Made by a program: the position numbers and the translations under genes | Notes under the pieces: generated by a model | Seen by the model: the letters and a program-made list of their open reading frames with translations, nothing else | What the model was told of the DNA's origin: nothing | The model's database searches: none | Shown: positions 12,225-25,105 of the stretch, piece by piece | Position numbering within the stretch: the first letter of the stretch is position 1 | Layout: the number at the start of each line of letters is the position of its first letter | From: Heterodontus francisci | Lineage: Eukaryota | Assembly (NCBI RefSeq): GCF_036365525.1 | Contig: NC_090407.1 | Coordinates: 25,448,084-25,512,083 of the forward strand | Length of the DNA: 64,000 bases | Direction of reading: 5' to 3'

Positions 12225-12585
12225 TCTGCTCTGCTTTGTGGGGGACTGTTTAAATGAGTTGGAACTTTCCTGACAACTTTATTGATTGAATGCACAAACA
12301 TTTATGTTCAAAAAGTCAGGTTAGACTTTTCTCGAATCTTCACAATTGTCCCAATCTGGCACTGCGAGTCTAAATTAAGCATTTTCCAGTTTCGGGACAG
12401 TAGAGCTGCAGCTTTAACAAGAATTGCAGTGCTGGGAGTCAAATTGCTTTTTTAGGTTCTCCATCGAGCTGGGCTGGAATGCTTGCTATGAGAACACATT
12501 CTTGGATCACTCCGTTTGTTTGGAGTACTCTGACGACCTTTCATCTGTTAGAATTTTCACAACTGCATGCCTGATGTGGCCAGAG

Positions 12586-12595
12586 CTAAAATTAA
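12586..12595 (+). promoter_or_regulatory. MEF2 consensus site (CTAAAATTAA) in the HSPB7 proximal promoter
   Basis: Matches YTA(W)4TAR, about 45 bp upstream of the TATA box of a muscle/heart gene. Confidence 0.5.
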
Positions 12596-12640
12596 CATCA
12601 AGTTTTGACATTGGCAGTCAGGCTAGTTGGCAGGAGTCTG

Positions 12641-12647
12641 TATAAAA
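12641..12647 (+). promoter_or_regulatory. HSPB7: TATA box of HSPB7
   Basis: TATAAAA 130 bp upstream of the start codon. Confidence 0.7.
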
Positions 12648-12776
12648 GCACAGTAGAATACCATCGGAGCACAAAAGACGCTTCAGTCTTCGGAAGCTTG
12701 TCCAGTATTACCTGACGGTTGCTAGAAAGGAGCTGGTTAATTTGATTTTTTGAGATTTAAAGTTTATCTGCCTTCC

Positions 12777-12975
12777 ATGAGTGCAAAATCCTCTACTGCT
12801 TTCAGATCTGAGCGTTCCTTTCATCAGAACACCACTTCCTCCTCCTCTTCCTCGGGTCCAAGCTTGGATCAGTGCATGGATAAAACAAGGGGTCTCTTTG
12901 GGGACGAGTTTGAGAAGTCCTCAATCCTCCATGGAAGCTTCTTGAGGCCCCGAAATGAGCAACTGGGATTTTCAG
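12777..12975 (+). CDS. HSPB7: HSPB7 (cardiovascular small heat shock protein) coding exon 1
   Basis: MSAKSSTAFRSERSFHQNTTSSSSSS...GSFLRPRNEQLGFS matches the HSPB7 N-terminus (TFRAERSFH, poly-Ser, GSFMRP); ends at phase-1 donor CAG|GCAAGT. Confidence 0.93.
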
Positions 12976-14371
12976 GCAAGTGAGAATCTGTCCAGAGCAA
13001 CAAATATACTCTTTTATTAATGCCAAATGCGCTGAAGGATTAAAGTGCTGTTCTAGTTTTGCTATTTAAATTGATATTGCTATTTAAAATTAGAAGTTGT
13101 GTCTTACATCTCCTGAGAAAAATGCACACACAAAAAAATCTAATTTCACAGAAATAGAAAATAATGATCAATAAATCACAGAAAAGTGAAATGATTGTGA
13201 GCTGGTGCATACTGAGGTCCCCGCAGGGGATTACTGCTGAGCATAAACTTAAAATCTTTGAAGAGAGTAAATATACAATCAAGGCAGATAAAGTTAATTG
13301 AAGGTATTTTGCAAGATTCAAATTGATCTAATTCATACTTCAAAATGAGTCTTTCTACATGAGCTTATTTTGGAAATGTGTGTTTGACTGAACACGTATG
13401 GTTATGCAAATGTATGTATATTCATATAATTACTTGAATTCACTTTAGGGAACAAATTAAAACACCTAAACATGATTATGCAAAATAAGAACAAATTCTA
13501 TGGATGTTAATTGTATCCTAATCTTGGGGCAGGAAGCTAACTACGGTACAAGGTTAGTCTAAGACAAGAGCACGAACCAGCAGGTCCCATACTAGAGTAG
13601 CAGAGTGAGAGGGGACAGAGAAAAAGCACATGGTGAAAATGGAGCACGAGGTAATAATGAACAGTACTTTTCAACTGCCTTGATTAAATTTGGGCATGCC
13701 AATTGAGTGAGTGAATTTCAATCCTGCCTTGCTGTCCTCAACCTTGGGGTGACACTCCAAATGTTAAAATCTTTGCCATGTTTAAAACTATTCTCCTTAG
13801 ACTTGCTTTTGGAGTTGTGGGTGTTGGATGATTAAGCAAGTCTGAAAAATCGCTTAATTCATTTTTTCACATTTCTCAGTTCGAGGGAACTCTTTGACGG
13901 CATGTAAACTTAAATTATGTACTCCATAACACTGTAAGGTGTAAATCCTTCTGATGTCAAGTGTAAAAAATACAAATTTACCTGCAAACAACTCCCCTAA
14001 TCTGTATTTGTGGAAACCATAATAATGCATCAAAAATCATCAGCATCATATGATAGTACAAAATATGAAAATCTCAAGTATATGTGAATAATCATGACAC
14101 CTTGCTTGGTAAAATAAAGTTTCTCTGATTTTTAATCTCTGTCCCTGATGTTTACAGCTTGTGGCCCTGATTTTCAAGTTTGCAGATTACGAGATATGTA
14201 ATGAATGATCCAGTAAGGATTGAGAAACCTCATACACACAGAATCCTAAGAGCAGCAAAAGTTGCTCAGTATCTTTCATGTACAGTCATCCACACAGAAA
14301 AGAATGAAATAAGTATGACAGGGACAAAAAAAAAGAAATGAAGAGACTGATGTATTTAAAAATGGAACATC

Positions 14372-14620
14372 CCTCAGGGCTAACTGGGTAAGTTCACCAC
14401 ACAACATAACAATCACACAAACCAGATAGGTCCCAGGTTCAATCTCCGGCTGTGTTGTTAGCCAACCTCAATACAGAAGGTGGTCAGGGTGTTACAATTA
14501 GCCTTACGTCCTTTCGTTCAGGGACTGATGGAAGTGGGGGAAAATCAGCCAGAATTTCTGCTCCTGAACTCTTTTCTGTGACCAGGGTAGAACAGTATGT
14601 GTATCGATGGCAGGTCAGAA
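14372..14620 (+). mobile_element. Old tRNA-derived SINE-like repeat (related copies about 24325-24720 and 48040-48305)
   Basis: B-box-like ggttcaatctcc; shared motif aaaatcagccag...tgctcctga with the other copies. Confidence 0.45.
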
Positions 14621-15031
14621 AAGTCAGCTGTGATAAGCCTTGCAATGCAATATCTTCCTGACACTTGTTTCGGCTTACACATGAAGGGCCACTTTGGTGA
14701 GATGCTGGATGCCTGCCAGCATCCATGGTACCACACTTAACTACCTTCAGAAAAGGTGGGGCTAAGAAAATTTTAAAAAGTTGGAAGAGAAAACAAAGAA
14801 GAGATAAATGAGAAATGAGGAGACAAAGAAAAACAAATAGGAGCAAGCAAAAAAAATCAATTTCAAAGAAAACAAGCAAACGGTTCTTAAATAACCAGGC
14901 CTCATTTTAGTCCAGCTCTGCTCGATTTTGTGTAATTTTGCTGTGTTTGTGGATGCAAATTGTTGGATTAGAGTTTGTTTACCTGCATCTTATCTCTGCA
15001 GTAGTCTATATCGGTTGTGGTATACCGAGCT

Positions 15032-15041
15032 CCATTAAAGG
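15032..15041 (+). promoter_or_regulatory. CArG box (SRF site) in HSPB7 intron 1
   Basis: CCATTAAAGG = CC(A/T)6GG; function untested. Confidence 0.3.
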
Positions 15042-15361
15042 CTTCTGAATTAGATTTGGATAACTCATATTCCAAATGCATCTTCCTACTCATTTGCTAC
15101 CATGTATTACTGTTTCATCAGAATGAAAAAGCATGTGCACTCCATAATCTGCCTGCAGATGGAATGTTAATTGCATGGAAAGGTCACACTGCTGATTTCA
15201 AATTAAAAGTGTCTGGGCATGATAATGACTCATGCTTTTTTACATGTTGCTGTAAATATCATTCACATATTTGATACTAAACTGTTAGCCTGGCTTATCA
15301 CGGCACTTGTATAGAATTGACTCCAGCATTAATTCGCAGTAACTAAACTATATACAGTCAT

Positions 15362-15590
15362 AAAATAAAAGCAAAATACTGCGGATGCTGGAAATCTGAA
15401 ATAAAAACAAGAAATGCTGGAACCACTCAGCAGGTCTGGCAGCATCTGTGGAAAGAGAAGCAGAGTTAACGTTTCGGGTCAGTGACCCTTCTTCCGAAGA
15501 AGAGTCACTGACCCGAAACGTTAACTCTGCTTCTCTTTCCACAGATGCTGCCAGACCTGCTGAGTGGTTCCAGCATTTCTTGTTTTTATT
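15362..15590. mobile_element. Short palindromic Penelope-like element (inverted pseudo-LTRs) with 16-bp TSD
   Basis: Arms 15400-15494 and 15496-15590 are reverse complements with one mismatch; TSD AACTATATACAGTCAT at 15346-15361 and 15591-15606; sequence related to the ends of the GIY-YIG-bearing element at 55690-56550. Confidence 0.85.
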
Positions 15591-15729
15591 AACTATATAC
15601 AGTCATTTGTCCCTAGGATCGCACCCCATTATAATGGAGAGAGTCCAACTCATCCAACAACATACACTGTCCATCTCACCAAATGCAAACATATCTGATG
15701 GGATTACACGATGTATTTTACCCCAATAG

Positions 15730-15863
15730 GCCGTCCAGGAAACATGGGGAATGTAAAGACCATGGGAGACAATTACCAGTTCACAGTAGATGTGAGCGAC
15801 TTCTCACCTGAAGATATTATTGTTACCACCTCCAACAATCAGATTGAAGTCCATGCTGAGAAG
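15730..15863 (+). CDS. HSPB7: HSPB7 coding exon 2 (alpha-crystallin domain)
   Basis: ag|GC CGT...: [44 protein letters not shown] then gtaagg. Confidence 0.96.
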
Positions 15864-16249
15864 GTAAGGCACCATTGTCAAGTTCTTAATCTCTGCCACA
15901 CTTAGAATAAAAAATTGAAGAGAGAAAATCCTCAGTAGACTTCATTTGGGTCGATTGCATGTGCCTCCAGGTTATATATACTGTTGTATCTTTGGTTCTT
16001 CCAGTCACTGTGTTTGATAAACCCAAGGGCTTTCACTGTAAGAACTCCTGTATACCTTATCCTGTGACACAATATGCATACAGTATGATTCTCAAAGAAG
16101 GCCAACTCTCAAACACACATTCCATAATTTTCCCAATCTACCATACAGCTCAACACCTGTAAATCACCATATCCCTATCTCCTGGTCACGAGGAAGCTTT
16201 TTCCTCTGTCCAAAGGAGGTTGCTGCAAGGTTGTCATAATTTGTGAAGA

Positions 16250-16712
16250 AAAGAAAGACTTGCATTTATATAGGACCTTTCATGACCTCAGGATGTCCCA
16301 AAGCACTTCCCAACCAAGGAAGTACTTTTGAAGTGTAGTCACTGTTGTAATGTAGAAACTGTGACAGCCAATTTGCAAACAGCAAGCTCCCACATACAGC
16401 AGTGTGATAATGAACAGATAATCTGTTTTTTTAAGTGATGTTGGTTGACAGATAAACATTGGCCACGACACTAGGGCTAAATACCCCGCTCTTCTTCAAA
16501 GTAGTGTCATGGAACCTTTTACGCAACCCAAGAGTGCAGATGGGATCTCGGTTTAACTTCTCAATCAAAAGACAGAACCTCCAACAGTGCAGCACTCCCT
16601 CAGCACTGCACTCGAGAATCAGCCTAGATTTTTGTGCTCAGGTCTCTGGAATACAATTTAAACCCACAACCTTCTGCCTGAGAGGCAAGAGTGCTACCAA
16701 CTGAGTCACACC
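16250..16712 (-). mobile_element. Deu-domain SINE (SacSINE1-like), near full length
   Basis: Reverse complement of the family at 1862-2290, including the tRNA-like head near 16700. Confidence 0.85.
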
Positions 16713-17204
16713 AGTGAAATACCACCAGTCACCTTCAGAGTTCACAGTGGTAGATGACATGGTGAAAATGTAAGAGCACAGCATTGAAGAGTACTACCTC
16801 CAGGTCCCACTGTCACCACCAATCCCCGCACACCACTCCCCCCCACCCTCCACAACTCTACCCTGCAAAGAAATTTGATTCGCATTGTGTTTTTAATTAT
16901 CTTCTTCAGAACTTGCACTCAGTTTTGGCACGTACCTTTTCTTTTACATACTGCGGTTAATGAAAAGCAGATGAGCTGTATTTCATCACTTCTAAAAATA
17001 ACTCTGACTCTCAGCAAACTAGCTTTTTAAATAAGACCTAAACTAAAAACATGCTTAAATCTCAACTCCTCATTACAGCAACATACACTACAAAATCAGG
17101 CTCAATATTGGGAATTCATTCTAAGAATTATATATTCCAAATGGTTTAGAAGCGATTTTCAGCTGAAATAGGGTTTTTTCCAAACGTGCCAAATATTCAT
17201 ACAA

Positions 17205-17430
17205 TATTAGATACAGCATGGAAGGAAGCCATTTGGGCCATCATGATGTGCTAGCTCTTTGAAACAGCTGCTAATTAATCCCACGACCCTGCTTTTTCTC
17301 CATAGCCCCTGTAAATTTTCCCCTTCAAAGTATTTGTACAATTCCCTTTTGAAAGTTACTACAGAATCTGCTTCCACCACCCTTTCAGGCAGTGCATCCC
17401 AGATCATAACAACTCGTCATGTTAAAAAAA
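17205..17430 (-). mobile_element. CR1 LINE 3' fragment
   Basis: WDALPERVVEADSVVTFKRELYKY plus CR1 3' UTR. Confidence 0.8.
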
Positions 17431-17595
17431 AAGTTTCCTATTGGTTAGAACCAATCATTTCCTTCCTCAACATATGTTTCAGGGAATTTTTGTTAGCTTA
17501 ACATTTTATACAAAATGGCAGATAATAAAATACAAAATGGCAGAAAATAGCACCCTGTCAGCTTCTGTAAAGACCTTTTTTATTCTGTATCAATA

Positions 17596-18520
17596 AATCC
17601 ATCATAAGGTCAGAAGTGGGGATGTTCGCTGATGATTGCACATAGTTCAGTACCATTCGCAACTCCTCCGAAATTGAAGTAGCCCATGTCCATATGCAGC
17701 AAGACCTGGACAACATCCAGGCTTGGGCTGATAAGTGACAAGGAACATTTGAGCCACACAAGTGCCAGGCAATGACCATCTCAAACAAGAGAGAATCTAA
17801 CCATCTCCCCTTGACGTTCAATGGCATTACCATCACTGAATTCCCCAACTAGCAACATCCCAGAGGGTTACCAATGACCAGAAACTTAGATCAGTCACAT
17901 AAATGCTGTGGCTACAAGAGCAGGACAGAGGTTGGGAATTATGTGGTGAGTAACTCACCTCCTGTCGCCCCAAAGCCTGTCCACCATCTACAAGTCACAA
18001 GTCAGGAATGTGATGGAATACTCTCCACTTGCCTGGATGTGTACAGCTTCAACAACACTCAAGAAGCTTGACACCATCCAGGACAAAGCAGCCTGCTTGA
18101 TTGGCATCCCATCCACAACCCTCAACATTCATTCCCTCCACCACTGATGCACAGCGGCAGCAGTGTGTACCATCTACAAGATGCACTGTAGCAATTCACC
18201 TAGGCTCCTTCGACAGCACCTTCCAAACCCATGATCTCTACCACCAAGAAGAACTAGGGCAGCAGATGAAGGGAACACCACCACCTGCAGGTTCCCCTCC
18301 AAGTCACACGCCATCCTGACTCAGAACTATATCACTGTTCCTTCACTGTTGCTGGGTCAAAATCCTGGAACTCCCTTCCTAACAGCACTGTGGGTGCACC
18401 TACACCCCAAGGGTGATTCAAGAAGGCAGCTCACTACCACCTTCTCAAGGGCAATTAGGGATGGGCAATAAATGCTGGCCTAGCCAGCGACGCCCATATC
18501 CAGCTAACGAATAAAAAAAA
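17596..18520 (+). mobile_element. 3' part of a CR1-group LINE (the family with a tRNA-derived head, see 59648)
   Basis: gggatgttcgctgatgattgc (MFADDC RT motif), MEYSPL-like segment, tail caagggcaattagggatgggcaataaatgctggcctagccagcgacgccc followed by A-run. Confidence 0.85.
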
Positions 18521-20535
18521 ATTAAGCTTCAATCACCTCACAGCAACACCCTGCCCCAATGACCTGCACCTTCTTCTCAGGCCTATCTCAACTCACAGTG
18601 ATTCTCCACCTCCGCCCCAAATCCCACCAGATGCCAGCCAGGAATCACTGAAAAGATATGCGGCTAAAGATGTCTGCTGGAGGGCAGGTCGCGTAAGGAA
18701 AAGGAAGGTGCAGAAATACAGACCCAAATTCTGTAGGGGGGAAAGCCCCCACAATCTATTGTTCGGTATACACAATGAGCAGCCTAGCTGCCAGAGTCGA
18801 GCCCGTTATTACAAGCTCTGACTGTCATGTGTGAGCATTCATTCCCAAAACATGTGCCATGGGAGCATGTTGCACTCCTTGGCTATTATATAGCATAGCC
18901 GCAATGGCTGGCAAGGCCATTTGTTCCCGTGGACTGTGCTTTCCTTTCCCTCACTCCAAAACCTGGAATTGCCCCAATGATTCTCCCAAATCCTTTATGC
19001 ATGGTGTGCCTTCTTAAGAAGACTTAAGCTCATCAATGCACGTCTCCCCCAGTACCTCCAACTACATTTTGAAAATCCACAATGATTTTGCACCTATGAT
19101 GCTGTTTGTCAGGTTGTTCCAAACATTTAGCAATCTTTAAGTTAACAAATTTCTTCCTAAGATGTTTTAAGTTTATTTTTCACTAATCTTAAATTTGTTT
19201 CCTTTTTCCTTGTCTTACTTTCCTAGCTTCTTTTTGAAATAATGTTCTTGGTTTACCTTACCTGCACAGTTTAAGGTTCTATTCACCTGAATGAAGTCTC
19301 TCCCTAACCTCCACTATTATGAAATATACAGCTTGAGCTTCAGCATTTTAAGAAACTGGTCATAGATCTTTATTTCACGTTTGAATGTAAACTCAACTCA
19401 TGGTGTCTTTTAATAACTAGATGTCCTTCAGGGAAGTGAACCTCCTACCCCTTCCTGGGTGTGGCTTACCTATGATTCTAGTTCTAATGCAGTTGTCTCT
19501 TAATACCATCTAAAGTGGGCTGGCAAGACACACATTTGTTTAAAAAAATGCGAGAAGAATGCTCACCACATTTTAAAAATGTATTCTTGGAATGTGAGCA
19601 ATTGGCAAGGCACTATTTGTTGTGCATCCCTAGTTTCTCTGAGTGCATTAAAAGTCAACCGCAAAGCATGGGCTCGTGCTATATGAAATTTAGAACAGTT
19701 CTGCCAATCCCTGAAGGACATTAGCGAGATAGTTGGGTATTTCAATAATCCAGCAACTTTCGCAGTAATTTTCTAGTGTTAACCCACACATTACCAGATT
19801 TATTAATTCCAATGTTCCAACTTACCATAGTGGGACTCTCAAACTCTGAGTTACTGGGTCTAGACCTATAACCACTAGGTCAGATAAGTAGGAACAGTCA
19901 ATAAATACAGCCTTGCCAGTGTTGGTGACATCCCAAGAACAAATTAAACAAAGAGACACTGTGCATGTTTTGCTTGCACACAACTGGCACAAAGCTTTAT
20001 CTGCCAAAATCACATATTGGGAAATTGAGCATGCACGGCCCACAATTTTCTATCTGATAACTTTAATCGGCAGAACATCACAGGCTGCCACATATGATTT
20101 CCCAAAATGTGCAGCTGGTGAATGAAACCCTGTGCCCTGTATGCATCACTCTCCTTGGTCTTCCCGGAATTTCTCCAATATGCCAGTGGATTATGAAAGT
20201 GGAATGATCAACTTACTCAATTCACTGCATCCTGAAACATTTCTAGTTTAACACGAAAGTGATTAAAATGCTAAAGACTCCCATGCCTTTGGTGCGGCAC
20301 CATTATACACCATTGATAATGCCATGAATAAAAATTGACAGCTCTTGTACTCCCAACAAGAGAAGTACTGCAAATTATCATCACTGTCAATACATATATG
20401 TGAGATCAGGCTCTTGAGGCAGTATAGCACAATCTCATGTGCGAGTCTGTCCAAACGAGAGAGTAAGCCCACAGTTTTCACATGCTCAAATACTGTAACT
20501 AGTACAAATATAAAGCAAATGTCTTTCATTTTCAG

Positions 20536-20721
20536 CTTGCTGCGGATGGAACTGTAATGAACACATTCACACACAAATGTCAGCTACCAGATGATGTTGA
20601 CCCCACCTCTGTGACCTCCGCCTTGGGTGATGATGGGACGCTGACAATTAGAGCGAAGAGGCACCCAGCCAAGCACACCGAACATGTGCAACAGACTTTC
20701 AGAACTGAGATTAATATCTGA
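20536..20721 (+). CDS. HSPB7: HSPB7 coding exon 3
   Basis: ttttcag|CTT: [61 protein letters not shown]; spliced protein 172 aa. Confidence 0.96.
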   Translation, partial: LAADGTVMNTFTHKCQLPDDVDPTSVTSALGDDGTLTIRAKRHPAKHTEHVQQTFRTEINI

Positions 20722-21497
20722 GCAGGGAGGGATGAGAGCTACTTCATGGTAATGCAGGGTGGTGTTTGATAATGCCAGTAGTAGTGTTTCAGTAATGCAA
20801 AATGCAGCATGTGCTGGTCTTTCACACTGCACCCTACCAACATACCATTGTAAAATATCATCTCAACTCTTGTAAGCATGGAAACATTGAGCAAAGCCTG
20901 TGCAATAAGATATTTGACACTTTCTATCACATTATTTAGTAATTCCATTTATATTATGTATCCATTACTAATCCATGACTCAATACAATGGCAGACTTGT
21001 TTCATAATGACTGATAGGTTCATTATACAGAGATGATAATGGTAATAATCAATGCTGTGAGTGTGTGAATGGTCTTGTACTGTAAGGTAAAAACAGTTGG
21101 TAACGTTGGTAGAATATCTTATCAGTTGACCCTTCCTAGGTTTAATTTTCCTGTATATGTGTTTTGTATGAAGATTTGCATCATTACACTGTATTTTGTT
21201 ATTTAACAAGAGTTTAATTTCTGTGACTTCGACAAGTGTAAAAGGGAGTGTATGTTGCTGATAGTATTCTAGAGGAATGGTTACAGAACCTAAGAATATA
21301 AGACTCTTCAGGAATAGGAAAAGGCCATTATGCACATCAGTCCTGTTCCTTTTTCGTAGATGAAAACTAAAATTATATAATATGGCCAAAAATCAATATT
21401 TGAATCGCCACTTAAGATATGATGCTGCCATCTTACCGCAAGATACAAATCTACTAATGGTGTAACTGCAGGGTGCTCTTCTGATGTAGTAACCTTC

Positions 21498-21503
21498 AAT
21501 AAA
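21498..21503 (+). promoter_or_regulatory. Candidate polyadenylation signal of HSPB7
   Basis: AATAAA about 780 nt after the stop codon in AT-rich UTR-like sequence; alternatives near 23660-23730. Confidence 0.45.
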
Positions 21504-21929
21504 ATAATTTAATTATCAGACCAAAATGTATACGTGGTGGGAGTGCTAGCCCTGTGCAATGATCGCTGTGGCCACAGGTGGTGGTGGGAGTGGGGTGGGG
21601 GGGGGGCAAGAAGTGGGGGCAGAGTGTCTTTACTCAGACAACTGAACTGAGTTCATGGCAGCTGAGTCTGAGCTGTCCCTTTAATAACTGATGTTAAAGT
21701 GTCCAGATAAGCCTACAAGTTCGAAGCTCAGATTGCGATTTTTTACTGCAAATGCAATGTACAGTAAAAACAGTTTTTGCTCATCTCTGACGATGGCAAG
21801 TTAACTCTTTATTAAAAAGTGCTGATTCCCATCTATATATCCATGATCCTTTCATAAAATAAGAAGTTATGGATGAGAAAAAAAATGTGGTCCATGAAAG
21901 CTCATCTTATTCAGGCCTGGCCTCTTGGG

Positions 21930-22255
21930 TACTCGGCCATTGGTTCAAGTCCCACTCCACACAGACTTAGGGGGAATTGAATTGGGGCCCTTCCTGTCCT
22001 TTCAGATGGACTTAAAAGATCCTATAATGCTATCTGGAGGAGAGCAAAGGAGCGTACATATATTCCTCAACCACCACCAGAACAGATTATCTGGTCTTTT
22101 ATCTCCTTCCTGTTTGCGGGACTTTGCTGTATATTTCCCTACATTACAACAGTGACTACACTTCAAAAACTAAATACTTCATGGGCTGTGGGGTGCTTTG
22201 GAAGTCCTGAGGACATGAAAGCTGCTATAGAAATACAAGCATGTTCTTCCTTTCT
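21930..22255 (+). mobile_element. Deu-domain SINE, degraded
   Basis: aacagattatctggtc...tttccctacattacaacagtgactacacttcaaaa...gctatagaaatacaag. Confidence 0.75.
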
Positions 22256-25105
22256 GTAATCCCCTAACTTTCCCATTATAGCAGCCAGTTGTGAATACCC
22301 CAATGCTTTTACCCTAATACCCGACACGTTATTACAAGCATTTATTACTTTATTATTCTAAGTATAGAATTTATTCCTCATTATGTTCCCTACTCTTAAT
22401 TTATTGGTTTACTATAAATTAGTATTCCACATTTGTCTTGTCTATGTGCTATGCTGTGGTGGTGGTCGATCCAAGGGCAGGTCCTCTGCTCATTTCCTCC
22501 CCCCCAGGAGATATGAGCATGTCTAGGGAAGTGGGTATATGAGGCGGTTTCCCATTGCCTTCCTCAAGCCAGAGCAGGAATTGAACCTGCCGCTGTTGAT
22601 GGTATTCCTGAACCACATGCTAACCATCTAGCCAACTGAGCTACTCAGTCCCCAATCTTGTTTATACCATTTAACAAATATACTTCGATGAGGATCCCCT
22701 CAACCATCTTCCTTCTACATTACAAAATTAGAGTTTCATTCATTTTCTCATAGATCATGTCCTTTACACCTGTCATGTTTTATTACTTGACATAGTTGAC
22801 ATAGATGCCAGCAGCTCTTCAGCATCTCACTCTAAATATTAACATATATGGTATTAAGAAGAGTGCCAGACAATACTGTATAATAGCATGGGGCATTCTC
22901 TACCATAGCAGCAAGGATTCTTCTGCTTCAAGTTTATCACATAGAGGAATTTCAACAATCCTTTCTGAGAATGCATGGAGTTGTTATGAGCTCTCTTGAA
23001 AGTATGCAATGAAGTTATAGGGCTTAGAGGCTTTCTGTGGTTTACACCGGAGCCATTCATCACTAGTCAAGGCTCTTGGTGGTTCACAATTATTCCTCCC
23101 ACACACACAATTTGATCAAACAAGATGGCACAGCTATACTGCAGCACCATATTGTGCTATGCTATACAGCACACTCATTAGTGCAAATGGTGCTGTCCTA
23201 CATCTTTGATCTCTTATGAAGAGGTGAACAAGATATTGTAAAGAGAAGAATCATGACTCCAGTGCTGATACTTAGTTTCCTACTGCAACAACTGAGTATC
23301 CACAGCATTCTGGGGTACAGAATTAAAGGTTCACAACACTTTAAATGAAGAATTTCTGAATTACCGACCCCTTTTTCTGAGACTGTGACCCCTAGCTTAG
23401 ACTCCCCAGCCAGGAGAAGCATCCTCCCAGCATCTATGCATATTTAAAACCATAAATACATTAGACAGATGAAACAGTGTTAATGAATCATGGCTGTTAC
23501 AGGATATTTGAGATTTATATTGAATCTATATGTGCACTTGAACCCACAGACAGTTAAGAACATGCTATTTTGGAAAAGAAAATTCATGATAGCTCATTTT
23601 TACCCCATTCTAATGTTTTCCTGAGTAATAGTCATAACTAGTATTCATATTACTTTTACATAAATAAATGTATTTCTTCCTTCCTATTATATCTAACAAT
23701 TCCACTGTATTTGTGTTTTAATGAATAAATATACTTTCTGATATCGTGGAAATTGAATCTTTACTGTTCTGGAAGATAGGCATCGCAGCAAATTTTCATG
23801 AAACTACGATTGTCACATACAACCTAATTGCTTCAGAATAATAGGCTTTCATGTTATTTAACAGGATATCCAAAATGGGGCCTTACCCTGATGAGTATTA
23901 TCCCGTCATTAAACTCCATGTGCTCCTATGCATCTACTCCAATGCTGTAACCAACAGCTGGGAACAGTCACAAAGAGGTGGGGAAGGGTTCAGTCTCAAG
24001 CATAGCACACTAAAGGCAGTGCAGAAAAACTTGGGGATGACTTAATCCTTATTACCTTGTACCAGTGCACTGCTTATCCCATGTGATATGAATGGGGGTG
24101 CTCAGTAGCATTACATGATCTCAAAATATTCCCCATCTTCCCCACATTTACACTTTTTCCCCCACCCTGTAGTTTGCTATCTCTTGCAATTAAACTCCCA
24201 CTCTTCTATACATCTTTGTAACCCCCCCTTTGGTTCACACAAGCAGATAATTCTGGCCTCTCTCATTTAACTCAAGTAAACACCAAATTAGTGAACATTT
24301 CAGCAAAGCAAATCAACAATTGGCAGAACGACCCCCTCATGGCTCAATGGGTAAAGGCACTGCCACATGTGGTCAAGCTGTACAGACCTGAAGCTCCCAG
24401 CTTGGTTTCCATGTTGGCTGCTATCAGCCAGGACAGCAGCTATAGTGCTTTACAGGAAGAAACATCAGCTAGCTCTTGTTCACTATCACTGTGATACCCT
24501 CCATTGTAAAACAGCTTACCAAAGCTGCCTGTGAAGAATGGACATTTGGATGAGGTGCCAGAGCTAACTGCAGTGGCCCAGAAAGCAGCTGCAATCCATC
24601 AGTGGTTCAAGAGTTATTTCCTTTAAATTCTGACTAAAATCAGTCACTGCCAACGCTTGTGGAACTGTAGCCCAGCAAGGAATCAGCACTTGCGGAAAGG
24701 GGAAAAAAAAAAATCAGGGAAATGAAATACTGATCAGAGCACATAATTGGCCTGTGCTGATGTTGTAACACTAGCTTTGGATTTGTTATATTGATATCTG
24801 TCACTATAAGGGAAACAGTGGGAGCAACTTTATGGGCTGTGCAAGTGTGGATTTGGTGGCTCGCGGGGAGACATAATTAGGCCGGAGGTGTTTTTTCGGA
24901 TTCCTGACAGCAGGATATTTCAGAGAAATTAAGTCGGTGGCCAGTTTGTGGCGTTCCGGGGCTCACCCTCATGGTGGCGGATTGCAGCTTTGCATTCATT
25001 TAAATAACATGGATACTCATTACCCTACGCAAAGTTACAATTCAGTCCTACCATCCAGATGAAGTGAACAGCGAGCGCTATTCCCGTGCCACCCGATTCA
25101 CGATT

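Noticed and set aside
12225-12246. Minus-strand cACAAAG just before the ATG at 12224, reminiscent of phenuivirus ACACAAAG termini
   Set aside because: Only a 6-nt match, expected by chance, and the polymerase motifs are GDN-type rather than bunyaviral
1-12300. Possible CLCNK exons head-to-head with HSPB7 as in human
   Set aside because: No chloride-channel motifs (e.g. GSGIPE-like) recognised in minus-strand frames
12980-12985. Canonical GT donor for HSPB7 exon 1
   Set aside because: Phase 2, incompatible with the exon 2 frame
15348-15729. Twin ORFs MEREAELTFRVSD on opposite strands
   Set aside because: Artefact of the palindromic Penelope insertion
21578-21620. G-rich run with G-quadruplex potential after the HSPB7 polyA signal
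   Set aside because: Simple low-complexity tract; no evidence of function
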